Assembly: GCF_038025025.1 (NCBI RefSeq) | Contig: NW_027117341.1 | Coordinates: forward strand, 1,550,001 to 1,614,000 | DNA length: 64,000 nt | Direction of reading: 5' to 3' | Source of the DNA: Phyllosticta citribraziliensis | Lineage: Eukaryota | The notes under the pieces: generated by a model | Databases searched by the model: none | Seen by the model: only the letters and a program-made list of their open reading frames with translations | What the model was told of the DNA's origin: nothing | In this document: positions 50,626 to 62,596 of the stretch, in pieces | Layout of the letters: every line of letters starts with the position of its first letter | Numbering within the stretch: position 1 is the first letter of the stretch | Translations under genes and position numbers: made by a program

Positions 50626-51660
50626 ATGGACGACACAGACGTCAAAGTCTTCGACCCCGATGGCGACATCCGCCTCGTCGTCTACGACAGATCAGCCGAT
50701 GCTCCAATCAAGAAAACGTTCGTGGTTGAGTCCAAGATCATGTCACGGGCCAGCGACGCCTGGAAAGCAATGCTCACCGGTGGTTTCATGGAATCCAGAC
50801 CTGAACCAGGCCGCGAAGTGGAGCTCCCAGAAGACGATCCTCTCGCCTTGGAGGTTCTACTCAATATTGCGCACATGCGATACCACCTTGTGCCCGAGGT
50901 GCTGGATTTCCCTGTTCTGGTGCAAGTTACAGTCTTGACCGACAAGTATGGAGCGACTGGCCTTCTTCGCCCTTGGTACAAGCTCTGGCTGGCCAGTGTA
51001 GAAAAACACCTCCTGGACCCCGGATATGAAGAGTGGCTTTGGATCGCCTAGGAGCTTGGCCAAATCGACAAGTTCAAGGCCTTGACGGCTCACATGGCCA
51101 AAAGTGGACGACTCGATAAAGATGGCAATTTTTCGATCGAAGCAGGGAAGCCACTCCATCCAGGTGTCTTCCATCTACCTCCGGATATTATCGGTATGTG
51201 AGGCTTCCACATTGGTCCGCCCCCGACTGAACATCCAATAGAAAATATTATCCGAGAGCATCAGAAGCTGGTCCGCGACCTCTGCTTGGTCTACCAAGAA
51301 GAGCTTAAATTGGTTATAACGGCTACCCGGGCCGAAATTCCTCATTGTAATGAGGATGATGAAAGCTCCCAGTACGATGCTATGGCCTTCGGATCCCTGA
51401 TGTTGCATCTCAGACTGAATGGTCTTCCTGCTGAAAAGAAAGATTTTCCAACAGGACTTAGTGCAAACGACGTCTATCAAAGAATGAAACCTTTTCAGGT
51501 CAAGTCGGGCAAGCATAAACACCACACGATGTGCAATAACTGGTATATGGATGAAGACATTGAAGATCAAATGCGCTGTCATCTGTTAAGGATGCCATCT
51601 GCACTTTCTAAAGTGCACCACCGCCATCTCCAGCGTCAAGCAAAGAAGCTGGGACTCTAG
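50626..51660 (+). pseudogene. BTB/POZ-like paralogue 2 with a premature stop
   Basis: FDPDGDIRLVV...LPEDDP...LTDKYGAT. The conserved WLWIAWELG reads WLWIA*ELG (TAG at 51049-51051). The frame continues to an intron (~51194-51241) and a last exon ending HHRHLQRQAKKLGL*. Confidence 0.82.
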
Positions 51661-52868
51661 ATGAGTCGAGAATGCGACAGAACCCGGTGCACTAGTAAGG
51701 AGGACAAACAGGGAGGATTCATACCACGAGACGGAAGCAGGCTGGGGGCATGCAAGTTAGCATCCAACGGAGAAGCACTGATGCTTTTCAAAAAGGACGG
51801 AAATGGGAGCAGTCATGGATACATATGCCACGACTTCTGCTATCGAGGCTGGGTAGACGGGCAACTTGTGGGGAGGGAATCTGGTGACTACTCATGGTGA
51901 GCATCCACATACAAGTCACCGAAAGGGGAAAGGACGAATGCTGATCTAGTTTCAGGTCCGGTCAAATCTCGACCTAGGTAGCGACATTGGTCAGTTTCTT
52001 CACTGTCCTTGCAGCAGATAGAAAAGAAGGAATGAATAAATGGCTTCCCACTTGCAGCTCTGGAATCGAGAGCTCAATCTGACTGATATTGATTTTCCGT
52101 GATGCGCTTTCGCTTCTTTGCCAAATGCCTTATTTGGGTCGCCGCTTGATAGAGGGACATTTCTGACTGGCAGGCCGTGCCAGCTTCGTAAGTTTTAAAA
52201 CGTAGGGGATTGGAAGTTTTGGTGTTTTCTGTGTCATGGATATCGCCAGCTGCCTGGGTAGGAAATCGTCATTGAAAAGGGAGTTCGGCTGGCGTGGTGG
52301 TTTGCGTGGCTTCCCAGGTCCTATTGAATGCTCGTTGATAGGGTTCGTGCGTTTGTGCCACGCAAAGTCTTTGATGGCGAAGAGGGAGCCGAGGGTGATA
52401 GAGGAAGAATTGGAAGGTCTGTGTGCAGTCCGGGTTGCTTCTGGTGCTGACTGCATTAGAGGTGAGTAGTACTAGGAGAAAAAGAGACAGATTTGTGTTG
52501 TCAAGGCGGATATGGTAGTGGAAGGGAATAGCCACTTGGAGAGATGTCGCGCGTACAACTGCAAACGCCACAAGGTCCACAGCGGAGGTGCAAGGTAGGC
52601 GGTTGGAGGGCTAGGAGTTGGCGAATGAGCGTCCACTGCCAGGCAAGTTTTGGCCCTCTCAAGAAATAGAGGAGACGCATGTGGTGGGGTGAGCAAGGTG
52701 GTGGTGGTCGACGTGAGAGCCGGGCGGCGCTACCTACGGTACCGGTACGGCGGTTGACGCGACGCGCTAGCCATCAATCACGGCGCGTCTCCCCACCCAA
52801 CCTCTTCGCCAAACATCTCACCTCCTCCGCACCTCGTCCAACAAACACACGGAACCCTTCTCCCTTTG

Positions 52869-54036
52869 ATGGCACAGCCCAACCCTCAAGAAATGGCGGA
52901 CGAGAAGCACGAAGGAAAGATGGAGTCCGAAGAGGAAGAGGAACATGTGGAGCCGGAAGTCACCTACTTCGCCAACAACGGCGACCTTCGACTTCGCGTC
53001 TTTGAACAGACACCGGAAGCCAGGCCCAAGATCTTCATCGTCTCTTCTCATGCCATGTCGTTGGCTTGCGATGCCTGGAACTCGATGCTCAATGGCCATT
53101 TCAAAGAGTCGCAAGCATCACCGCCTGGAGAGCAACGCGAGGTGGCCCTGCCGGATGACGACCCTACCGCCCTCAAGATTCTTCTGGATATTGCGCACCT
53201 GCGCTTCAAATTGGTCCCAGCGACACTAGATTTCCCTGTCCTCCTCAAAGTCACTGTGTTGACCGATAAATACGACGCAACGCGCCTCATCCGTCCATGG
53301 GCTACATCTTGGATCAATGCCGCTCAACACCTTGTTGTGCGACCTGGATATGAAGAGTGGCTTTGGATTGCTTGGGAGCTCGGACAGAGACATACGTTTA
53401 ATAACTTGACCAATCATCTTGTCAGGACTGCGCGACTTGAAGAGAACGGAAAGTGCGTGACAGAAAAGAACCGGACTCTGGACCCATGTGGAACCACCCA
53501 CCAGAACTTACCCCCGGACATTGTCGGTATGCATATCAGGTGACTGGAACTTGTTTACGTTCTAATTCGGCTAATTGAATATAGAAAGCATTATGAGGGT
53601 CCGCCAGCGAGTCATTACCAACTTGCTTGAAATTTACTACTCTGCTCTCAATCAATTTGCCCAAAAGAATATGGACGGATCGACTGTATGCCAGGGACAC
53701 AAGCGCGAAATGGACAAATTCCGAGAGTGCGACGATATGACATATGGGTCGCTATTACTCTCATTACAGAAGGTTGGACTTGGCCTTGTAAGAAAAGACA
53801 TCTCGACAATGACGAACAGCGTCAATGATCTGCTGGTATCCTTGAGGACACTGTCCATCAATGTCTACCATCCTCCTGGTATATACGACTACAGTCACGT
53901 ACAATGTGAGAATTACGGCCTGGATTCACGGCTTTGGGCGGCGGTAGACAAGGTGGAAAAATCGATCCCGTCAGCTGTTCTGGATATCCACCATCGTCAT
54001 CTCAAGCGACAAGCGGAGAAATTGGGCTACTCGTAG
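52869..54036 (+). CDS. BTB/POZ-like paralogue 3 (intact, 2 exons)
   Basis: FANNGDLRLRV, FIVSSHAMSLACDAWNSMLNGHFKES, LPDDDP, LTDKYDAT and WLWIAWELG. Intron ~53527-53584 after LPPDIV. Ends HHRHLKRQAEKLGYS*. Confidence 0.85.
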
Positions 54037-54039
54037 TCC

Positions 54040-54210
54040 AATGATGAAACGCATCTCTTAACTTCATGGGCTACACCCTGGATCAACGCCAATCGACACA
54101 TTTCACCGCAGCATGTTCACGAAGACTGACTTTGGATTGCTCGGGAGCACAAACATGAAGCTCCCTTTCTCCGTTTGACGGATCATCCTACCAAGATCGA
54201 TGTGCGCGGC
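54040..54210 (+). pseudogene. Degenerate fragment of a fourth BTB-family paralogue
   Basis: Translates ETHLLTSWATPWINANRH...HED*LWIAREH...LTDH, aligning to ATRLIRPWATSWINAAQH...YEEWLWIAWEL...LTNH of paralogue 3 (~53271-53420). Confidence 0.72.
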
Positions 54211-54848
54211 TCGACAAATGCGGACGATGCATGACGAAATCTAAAGGACTCTGGACACACGCGGAAGCCATAGCAAAGGGAGGAGAGATTTGATGCTCGC
54301 ATTATTACGGCCATCATCTGGAGAGGCTTCGATGGCAGTAATCTTAGGGTAAGAGCAGTGGAGACCGTGGGAATTTCGATATTGACAGCGTTTTTGGGTT
54401 TTCTTCGCCGCAATCCGAAGTGTCAGGCAGGAGAACCGTACCGGGCAGTGCTTCGCGGCAAAGAAGGAAAGTGTGGATCCAAGGGAGCCACGACGACCAC
54501 ATCTGAGCACGCTTGAAGATGACACGTTGAAAGCCACAGCCAGATGAATTAGAGTAAGAAAGACGACCAAGACGGAAATGGCACATTGTGTCGCCTGGTG
54601 GCGTTGATAAAAATTCCAGACCTTTTTGAGATGCAAATGACCAGTGGAGTGGCCACAGCTGAACGATGACACTGATAATTTCCAGATAGGAAAGAGACAC
54701 TCGCTCGAGCAGAGGCACCTTCAGTGGAAGCGACGTTGAGGGTGAGAGATCCAACTCAACCAAAGTTCAACACTGCTTGCACCCATCACACAACTTCAAA
54801 TTTCCCCGACCAAGCTACATTCGTTACCGCAACAGACTCTACCACACC

Positions 54849-55894
54849 ATGCACGACGCATACGCCGTTGAAGTTACGACCAAGGCTGTCGGCGTGCAAA
54901 ACGCCCTTACACGGCTCTACATGGCAGTGGCTGAGAAGCTCGACCAAGTCCGCGCCCAAGGATTGACTCGATCGCCAACCGTCTTCACCATCATCGAGGG
55001 CCTTGCCGACTACAACCGCATGCACGAGAGCTATCAAACCACGTACCTGGAATTCCTCGGAGCCCACCACACGCTAGTACGCATCCACGCGCTGGTCAAG
55101 AGGCAGGAGGGCCAGTGCCCCGTCGAGCTGCGTGAATTGGAGAATCTGGCCATAAGGGAACGACACACGTCAGGCCAAGTGATGCTGAAGTTGGCGGTGC
55201 GTCTTCACGTGCACCCACCTTTGACAAGACCTCGTCGATGCTGACAGCCACGCAGGAGGAAATGGCTCCGCCCATCGACCGCAAAATGCACGAGATGCGA
55301 GCCATGCCACTCGAGCCAGTGCCGCCCTCGCCCCGTCCCCACACTCTCTCCCAACTGCACCCAAAGCTCACACGCCCCGTGGCCGCGCCTCGCCACGACA
55401 CGGACTTCTTCCCCCACAACGCCCTATCAGCACCTGAACCACGACAACACACCAAGTTTTCGCCGCAGTGGTGGGAGATCGACGGCTCCTTGGAATCTGT
55501 CCCCGACTTCGTCCTCAAGCCTCCCACCCCGTCGCTGCCGACAGGCAAAGCAGACAAACAGTGGGCGCCGCCGCCGCCAGGCTCGCAGTCCTCGTACTTG
55601 GACGCGGCGGCCGTTCAGAAGCAGGATGCGTCTCCGTGCCCGCTTGAGATGTATTTCGGAGCCGACAACGGATGGTTGAAAGACGCGCTGAAGCCGAAGC
55701 CGTTCGGACTATCGGTGCAGCCGTCTCAACCAGGAGCGTGCTCGAAACAGCCGAAGTGGGCAGATGAGTTGGAGAAGCTGCAGGCGTCAGGACGACCTGA
55801 TATACCAAGGAAACCGGAGCAGCTGAGATCCAAACCTGGACCTAAACCCAAGCAACATGGGTTCAACCGAGGACGATACAACATGACTTTCTGA
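54849..55894 (+). CDS. Hypothetical protein (helical N-terminus, Pro-rich C-terminus), 2 exons
   Basis: ORFs 54777..55244 and 55238..55894 join in frame through a GTGCGT...GCTGAC...CAG intron (~55197-55255). No family recognised. Confidence 0.6.
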
Positions 55895-56545
55895 ACGGTG
55901 GTGGCATGACGTTGTGTCAGTGTTTAGACGCAGCCCCTGTTCACTCACGTCTTGCTTTTGTATCTTCTTTGGCTTCTTCGGGGAGACTGGCGTCTTGCTG
56001 TGCAGCAGCATTGGTTGTTCTGGGGTAAGTTAATTGCTTCGAGGCTTTCTGCGCGGTTCTGGTGTTTTGAGGAGTGCCTGGCGTTGACTCTAATATATGA
56101 GTGAGTGGTTGGCTCGCTGAAAGCTTTTCGCGTACGCTGTAGAGTCTAGACGCAGCAGCTATTGCTTGCTACTAATAAACAAGTATTGAAAGCCAGCCGT
56201 TTATTCGCTGAAGCCCTCTTGCAAGATCTTTGATGTCTTCTCTCGTCATTTGGCGGAGCAGATGGCACGCAACAACACTGAGATGAGAGATGCAATTCAG
56301 TGGCAAAAACGTCAAATGTATTTACTGCCGGACAAGGCAAGCGCGTCTCCGCCCCACTTCGCCAACCCCGCTCTATACTTCTACAGGCTTGCTTGCAAAC
56401 AAAAGCACGATCGAAGCGCAGCAGCCGCTCGTAAATCGATGTCAGCCCGACACAGTTCCTCCCGTTGCCCCTGACCCCTGACCCCCTATTCTCCGTTGCC
56501 ATTCCACCGCCAACCCCTCCATTTGAACCGAGACTGCTTCCGAGT

Positions 56546-57918
56546 CTAGTAGAAGACGCCGGCATCGACGACGGCGTCGACCTCGGCGCCGTGGACATCG
56601 GCGGCGACAGAGTCAGAGCCCGTCTCGCCGTTGTTGGCGAGGATGAGGGAGCCGCCGCTAACGACGTTGGCCGAGCCAGCGCTCAGCTTGCCGGACAGGG
56701 CGGCGCTCGTGACGTACGACTTGAGGGTGGCGGGGGAGGAGCGCAGCGACGAGTCGGCGGCGAGGAAGTAGGCGAGCAGGCCCGAGATGTGCGGCGTGGC
56801 CATGCTGGTGCCCGACGCGATGGCGTACGTGCTGTCGGACGTGTCGTAGCTCGAGTACGTCGTCAAGCCCGGCGCGTACAAGTCGACGCAGCGACCCGTG
56901 TTGCTGAAGTAGGCCACCTCGTCGTTGATGTTGCTCGCGCCGACCGAGATGATGTTGCTGTTGGAACCGCCGAGCGCGCTGGGCGTGTAGCTGCAGGCAT
57001 TGTCGGCGTCATTGCCCGCTGCCACGGCGATGTGGACGCCGGCGCTGGACAGCGACTTCAGCGCGCTCTCGACCGAGGTGGAGCGGCCGGAGAAGCCCAG
57101 AGACATGGAGGCAACCGAGGCGATGAAGTCGCCCGAGCTGGAGCGCGAGTCGTGCTGCGAGGCGACGTAGTCGAGACCGCTGATGAGCTGGTGGCCAGTT
57201 AGTTTGCGATCCAAATAAAACGATTGCTTCGATTCCACTCACGCCAGACGAGGTGCCAGATCCGGTCGAGTCGAGCACCTTGACGCCAATCAGGTTGGCG
57301 TTGGAGGCGATGCCGACGGTGCTGCCGGCCGAAGTGCCGGAAACGTGAGTGCCGTGGCCGTTGTCGTCCGTGTTGGAGGAAAAGGCCGAAAAGCCCATCG
57401 ACGCGCGGCCGCCGAACTGCTCGTGGGTGGTCCTGATGCCAGTATCGACCTGTTTGGGTCAGTTTCCGCCAGGTCGATTTTCAGGGGACACTCACAATGT
57501 AAATGTCGACGCCATCACCCAGAGTGGTGTCAGAGTACGTATAAGTGTACGCAGCCTGCGAGACCTGAGCGGTGCTCGTGATTTCATCCGTCTGGGAGAC
57601 ACGCTGAAGTCCCCAAGGAGCGCTCGAACGAGTGGCCTTGATCTTCAAGTCGACGGCAGTGTTGACGCTGGAGACCTCGGTCACGTTGTCGAGTGACTTG
57701 ATCTGGTCGGCCGTAAAGGCACCAGAAAAGCCCTTGAAGTAGCTGTTGGTGTAGGTGGCCGAGACGACATCGTCATCCGCAGTCACACCGAGCTGTCCCA
57801 GGACCGAGTTGACATCCGCAGTCGAAGACAGGATGACGTCGTAGTTGGCGGTATCCCGTTTGTGGGGAGCAGCCTGAACCAGAGATGCCGCGAGGGCGAG
57901 GAAGGTAGCAGTCTTCAT
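56546..57918 (-). CDS. Secreted subtilisin-like protease (S8A, proteinase K type) with I9 prodomain, 3 exons
   Basis: Signal MKTATFLALAASLVQA, APWGLQRVS, triad Asp (VDTG), His (GHGTHVSG) and Ser (SGTSMATPH), AAGND oxyanion motif. Confidence 0.94.
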
Positions 57919-60771
57919 GGTGGACAAGAATACTGCGGTAAAGATACTGCCTGGAAGAGTGGCTGCGGGTAGACTGGAGAGACGGAGAGAGCTAGATGCC
58001 TTGAAAGGAAATCTAGTAGAGTACAAAGCAAGACTTTATACAAGTCAAAGAAACCCCACCCTACCTGTGCGGTCCTGCAGTGAACATATCCACCTCCTTC
58101 TATCAGGTCATTCGCCGAATGCCCAGAAACACCATGGCTCGCGTGCTTCTACACGACGAGTCCGTGCACATGCAGTTCGGTTTGGGTCATCTGGCGCATG
58201 AGGAACTAGTACAAGGCACCATGAGCTCCAGCCGCGTGGGGAGCAACATGGGGATTTCCAAATTAGAGCAAACCAGTATTCAGAGAGAGGACACCCAACC
58301 ACCAAAGTGGTGTGCTAGGGCAATAGCCACATATCTTGCCCGCCTCACAAGGACCATGGATCGCTGGTCTGGGGTCGACTACAGCTGGGCTGCGGGGACC
58401 AAGTGTTAATCCAGACCACTGCAGCGGGCAAGAATGGGCACGGCCATAGAGGGGTAGTATGTTGGATGGGGCGAGGCTGGGGCTGGGGGGCGGTTGGCGG
58501 GCCAAGACCGGAGCAGTTGCGGAAACCTCGAGGCATGCTCATGCAGGTGGAACTCTTGTCCACAGAGTCCAGTACCTCTGGACCAAAAACTCGGCGGGCG
58601 GATCAACGTGCCAAGACATATTTGGACATCAAAAAGGGCAGGTATCATGGCGCGACCCCTTGCTGAGTGCGCCATGGGCTTTTGATCTCAGCCGACTACT
58701 GATTTCTGTGATAAGAAAAATCCGGCGGCCGGCGGCGATTGGTGCAGAATGCATGCTGTTGGCGCGAGACGCAGTATTCGGTGTGGAGTCGCACTGCAGG
58801 GCTTCCCGTCGGATGAGGCTATCAGCCGCTGACGATGTCTGCACGAGCGCCAGGCGAGGCCAGATAAGCAATGCTGGGTTAGCGCGCCGCACCCACGCTT
58901 CTGGAGATCCACGCCAGAGTCACGCGAGGAAGCGCCATTGCGGGGAGTGACCGGATCGATCATCTGCGTTCCGGGACTTGCTGGCGGGGCAGTCGCAGCT
59001 CCGATTTCGAGAGGCGTCCAGCTCTGGATCAGAGGACTGTTTGTCCATGAGATGGATGGAGGGACGACGGGCGCTTCGATAACGGTCTTCGCCTAGCGGT
59101 TTGCATTGTCGGACCAAAACTTAAGAGTTGCCATATCAAGCCTCGCGCGCAGGGGTGTCCCGCCCTCCGTCCGGTTCCTTACTGCTATGTGCATAAGCCA
59201 TGGCCGTACTATAAGTCTTGGTCTGGCCTTTTTGCCATCGAAGCGCTCGCGTTGGCAGACAAGCTTGCTTGGCGTGCAGTCTAAACCGACGGTCCCTGAT
59301 GCAGCTGCCAAAAGCTGCATCCCGAAGCGCAGGCCATGGCGAAACGTCAACTCGTATCTAGGATGGAACCGAAAACCTTGATGAGCCTTCTGCAGGTCGA
59401 GAAGCACGCTGGACGTGGCGTTCCGCCAAAAGTACTTCCTTGTCCAGATTTGGCATCCCCAATGAGGTGGTAGAATCCACGTCAAAAATCATGGCGCAAA
59501 TAGCCTTGAGTGGCATTTGGATACTGGCCGCGAGACCTGTTTGTTTACGTTTTCGCATTTCGGGCGGTCGAGTCTCGAATTTTCGCGTCTCGTTGGTAAC
59601 TGGTCGCTGGTCGCGCAATAACCGATGAATGTGGCATATCAACGGCCAAGACTGAGCGCATAAAATGTCGATATTAAACGACCTTGTAATACGAGAGAAA
59701 TTCGTCCATTGGAAAAGGAATCAGTCTCCGTTTGGAAGCTCAAAGTCGACTCGGCTCTACGACTCTGCGCTGTCCAGAGGCTGGAAAGGATTGCGGAAAG
59801 AATAACCCGACACAAGCTTCGAATCGCGGTTTTATGGGCCGCTCATTTCAGTTTTCAAAGGCTGGTGCAGTGTCCTGTCGGTTGGAGCAAGAGGAACATT
59901 CCAAAGGTAGAGAAAAGACGGGCTTTCATCGAGGTAGAGCCGTGCAGAAGGATTGAGCCTAGGCTCGATCTGTTCAACGCTCACCCCGACGATTCCAACA
60001 CGCTGGAGTGCGGGGCGGGACAGAGTTGCTGCCAGTCTGGGGCATCTGCAAACAATCCTTTGCGGGATAGTCCTGATAGATGCGCGGTCGTGTTAGGACG
60101 TAGGATCGCGCTGAGTGGCTATAAGAGCCCCAGCCACCGCCTTATCTGGGTATCCCGGCAGGCCTCGTTCAATGATTTCGTGTGACCATCGTTGTTCTTT
60201 TTCGACCAAGTGTCCGACATCCACACAACATCCCACGCGGGAAATGGAGCTAGGAGACATTCTCATGACCAGAGAATTGGAAAGGAGGGAGCGAAAAACA
60301 GAAGGCGCACGGCGACGTGTACAACGAGAAGACACGAGAAGACAAGTTTCAGAGGCTTATCATCCTGTCCCGCTCGATAGCATGGAGCTCATGGCAGGAG
60401 TGCAAGTCGGTCCTCGTGGAGCGGGCGGTGGTGTTGCAATGCCACGATGCTGAAGGCCTTCCTCGTGCGGATGGCGATAAGTTGGTGACGCGGAGTTGAT
60501 TGGCGATTGAGATGGCGATGAAGGAGAGAGGGAGAGAAGAAGGTGGTGCAAAAATGTCCAGGTGTCCCCGGCAGACTCTCACGGACCGGCTCCGGATGGT
60601 CGACCCGCGCGGCCCGAGGCTCAAAAGAAGGCTTTCGGCTGCTGCTGATCCCCCGCTTTCGTCATTTTCCCCAGGCCCGTCACGGCCCTCCAGCGACACC
60701 ATGTCATCCAAACTCTTGCACCTCCACCTTCCCTGCCTCTGCGATTCCACAGGTCCCTGAAGCCCTGCATC

Positions 60772-62147
60772 ATGTCGACCTCGTCGTCCCTCCGCTGCGC
60801 TCAGTCCGCCCCCCTGCGCCGCCTTGCCCAGCAAAAGGCCCACATTGCTCCCGCTGGTAGCCGGCTCTTCAGCACTACTACTCCACGTCCACAACGCGAG
60901 GTTGGCGATGCCTACATACTCAGTGGCTCGCGGACACCGACTGGCGTGGTAAGTCTACGCAACATCTGGCACAAACATTCCATCTAACACGGCTGCAGTT
61001 CAATGGCGCCTTCACAACTGTTCCCGCGCCCAAGCTAGGGGCTACGGCCATCAGCTCCGCCCTGTCCAAATCCACGGTGCCCGCCTCCTTCATCAAGACG
61101 GTCTATATGGGCCAGGTCTTGCAAGCCGGAGCAGGCCAGTCGCCAGCCCGACAAGCCGCCATCTTCGCCGGCCTGCCCACATCATGCGAAGCCACGACCA
61201 TCAACAAGGTCTGCGCGTCGGGACTGAAAGCCGTGACAATCGGGGCGCAGGACATTGCGCTGGGCCAGGCAGACGCCATCGTGGCCGGCGGCATGGAAAA
61301 CATGAGCCGCGTGCCCTACTACATGGCGCGAGCGTCGCAGCAGCCGCCGTTCGGCGAGCAAAAGCTGGCCGACGGCCTCATCAGCGACGGGCTCTGGGAC
61401 GTCTACAACCAGATCCACATGGGCAACTGCGCCGAGGCCACGGCCAAAAAGCACAAGATCACGCGCGAGGAGCAGGACGAGTTCGCCATCCTGTCGTACC
61501 AGCGGGCGCAAGCCGCGTGGGCCGCCGGCCACTTCAAAGACGAGGTCGTCCCCGTCACGGTGCCGGGCAAGAAGGGCGACGTCACTGTCACCGAGGACGA
61601 GGGCTACAACCGCCTCAAGCTGGACAAGGTCAAGACGCTCAAGCCCGCCTTCGTCCGCGACGGCACCGGCACCGTCACGGCGGCCAACAGCAGCTCGTTC
61701 AACGACGGCGCCAGCGCGCTGGTCCTGGGCTCCAAAGCCATCGCGCAGGCCCACGGCTCCAGCTCCCGCGTGCTCGCACGCATCGTATCCTACGCCGACG
61801 CAGCCGTCGACCCCGTCGACTTCCCCGTCGCCCCGGCCAAGGTCGTCCCGCTGCTGCTCGAGCGCGCCGGCATCTCCGCCAAAGACGTCGCCGTGTGGGA
61901 GTTCAACGAGGCCTTTGCCGCCGTCATCAAGGCCAACGCCAAGATCCTCGGCATGGGCACCGACAACGTCAATCCGCGCGGCGGCGCCATCGCGCTGGGC
62001 CACGCCATCGGCAGCTCGGGCGCGCGCATCTTGGTGACGCTGCTGCATCAGCTCGAGGTCGGCCAGTACGGCGCGGCGGCCATCTGCAATGGCGGCGGCG
62101 CGGCGACGGGGATCGTCGTGCAGCGCGTTGCGCATGGCGATTTGTAG
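60772..62147 (+). CDS. ERG10: Acetyl-CoA C-acetyltransferase (thiolase) with likely mitochondrial presequence, 2 exons
   Basis: [52 protein letters not shown] and ICNGGG. Intron ~60949-60998. Arg/Ser-rich N-terminus lacking acidic residues. Confidence 0.93.
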
Positions 62148-62596
62148 GCTGTGGGTCTTTTGGGGCGCGGCATTAGAATGCTGTTTGTCTGTCGGTCTGG
62201 ATGTGGGTGGTAGAATGCCATTCCCATGTGTTCGCGCACTGTCTGTTGTTGGCGTCTTTCGCATGCATGTATCAGTAACCACACCACGATTCTGGTACTA
62301 AACACTCTCCGTGAGCACTTACCTACCGGCATATTTGTGCCAGCCAACCGGCCACTCGTCTCGTCACAGACTCCCCGTCTCTCCATGGCCGTACGAAAAG
62401 GTAGTGGAGACGAGAGGAGAGAAAGGGGGAAGGAGAAGCTTCAGTGTGATGGAGGAATCTGATCTACATATGCAGGCAGTAGGTACATGGTAGTGATGCA
62501 TCCTCTATCCCATTCAAACGTGGCTAAGTGCTGCTATTCCACCCCTTCCACACCTCACCCCCTCACCCCTTCATTCCCACCCCCTTCAACCTCACA

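Noticed and set aside
56546..57918. Subtilisin as the cluster's kexin or processing protease
   Set aside because: Proteinase K-type without P-domain or TM segment, and 25 kb away beyond several housekeeping genes.
58000..60700. Gene-poor 2.7-kb interval with short ORFs; possible transposon or gene relic
   Set aside because: No transposase or RT motifs, terminal repeats or recognisable protein could be identified by eye.
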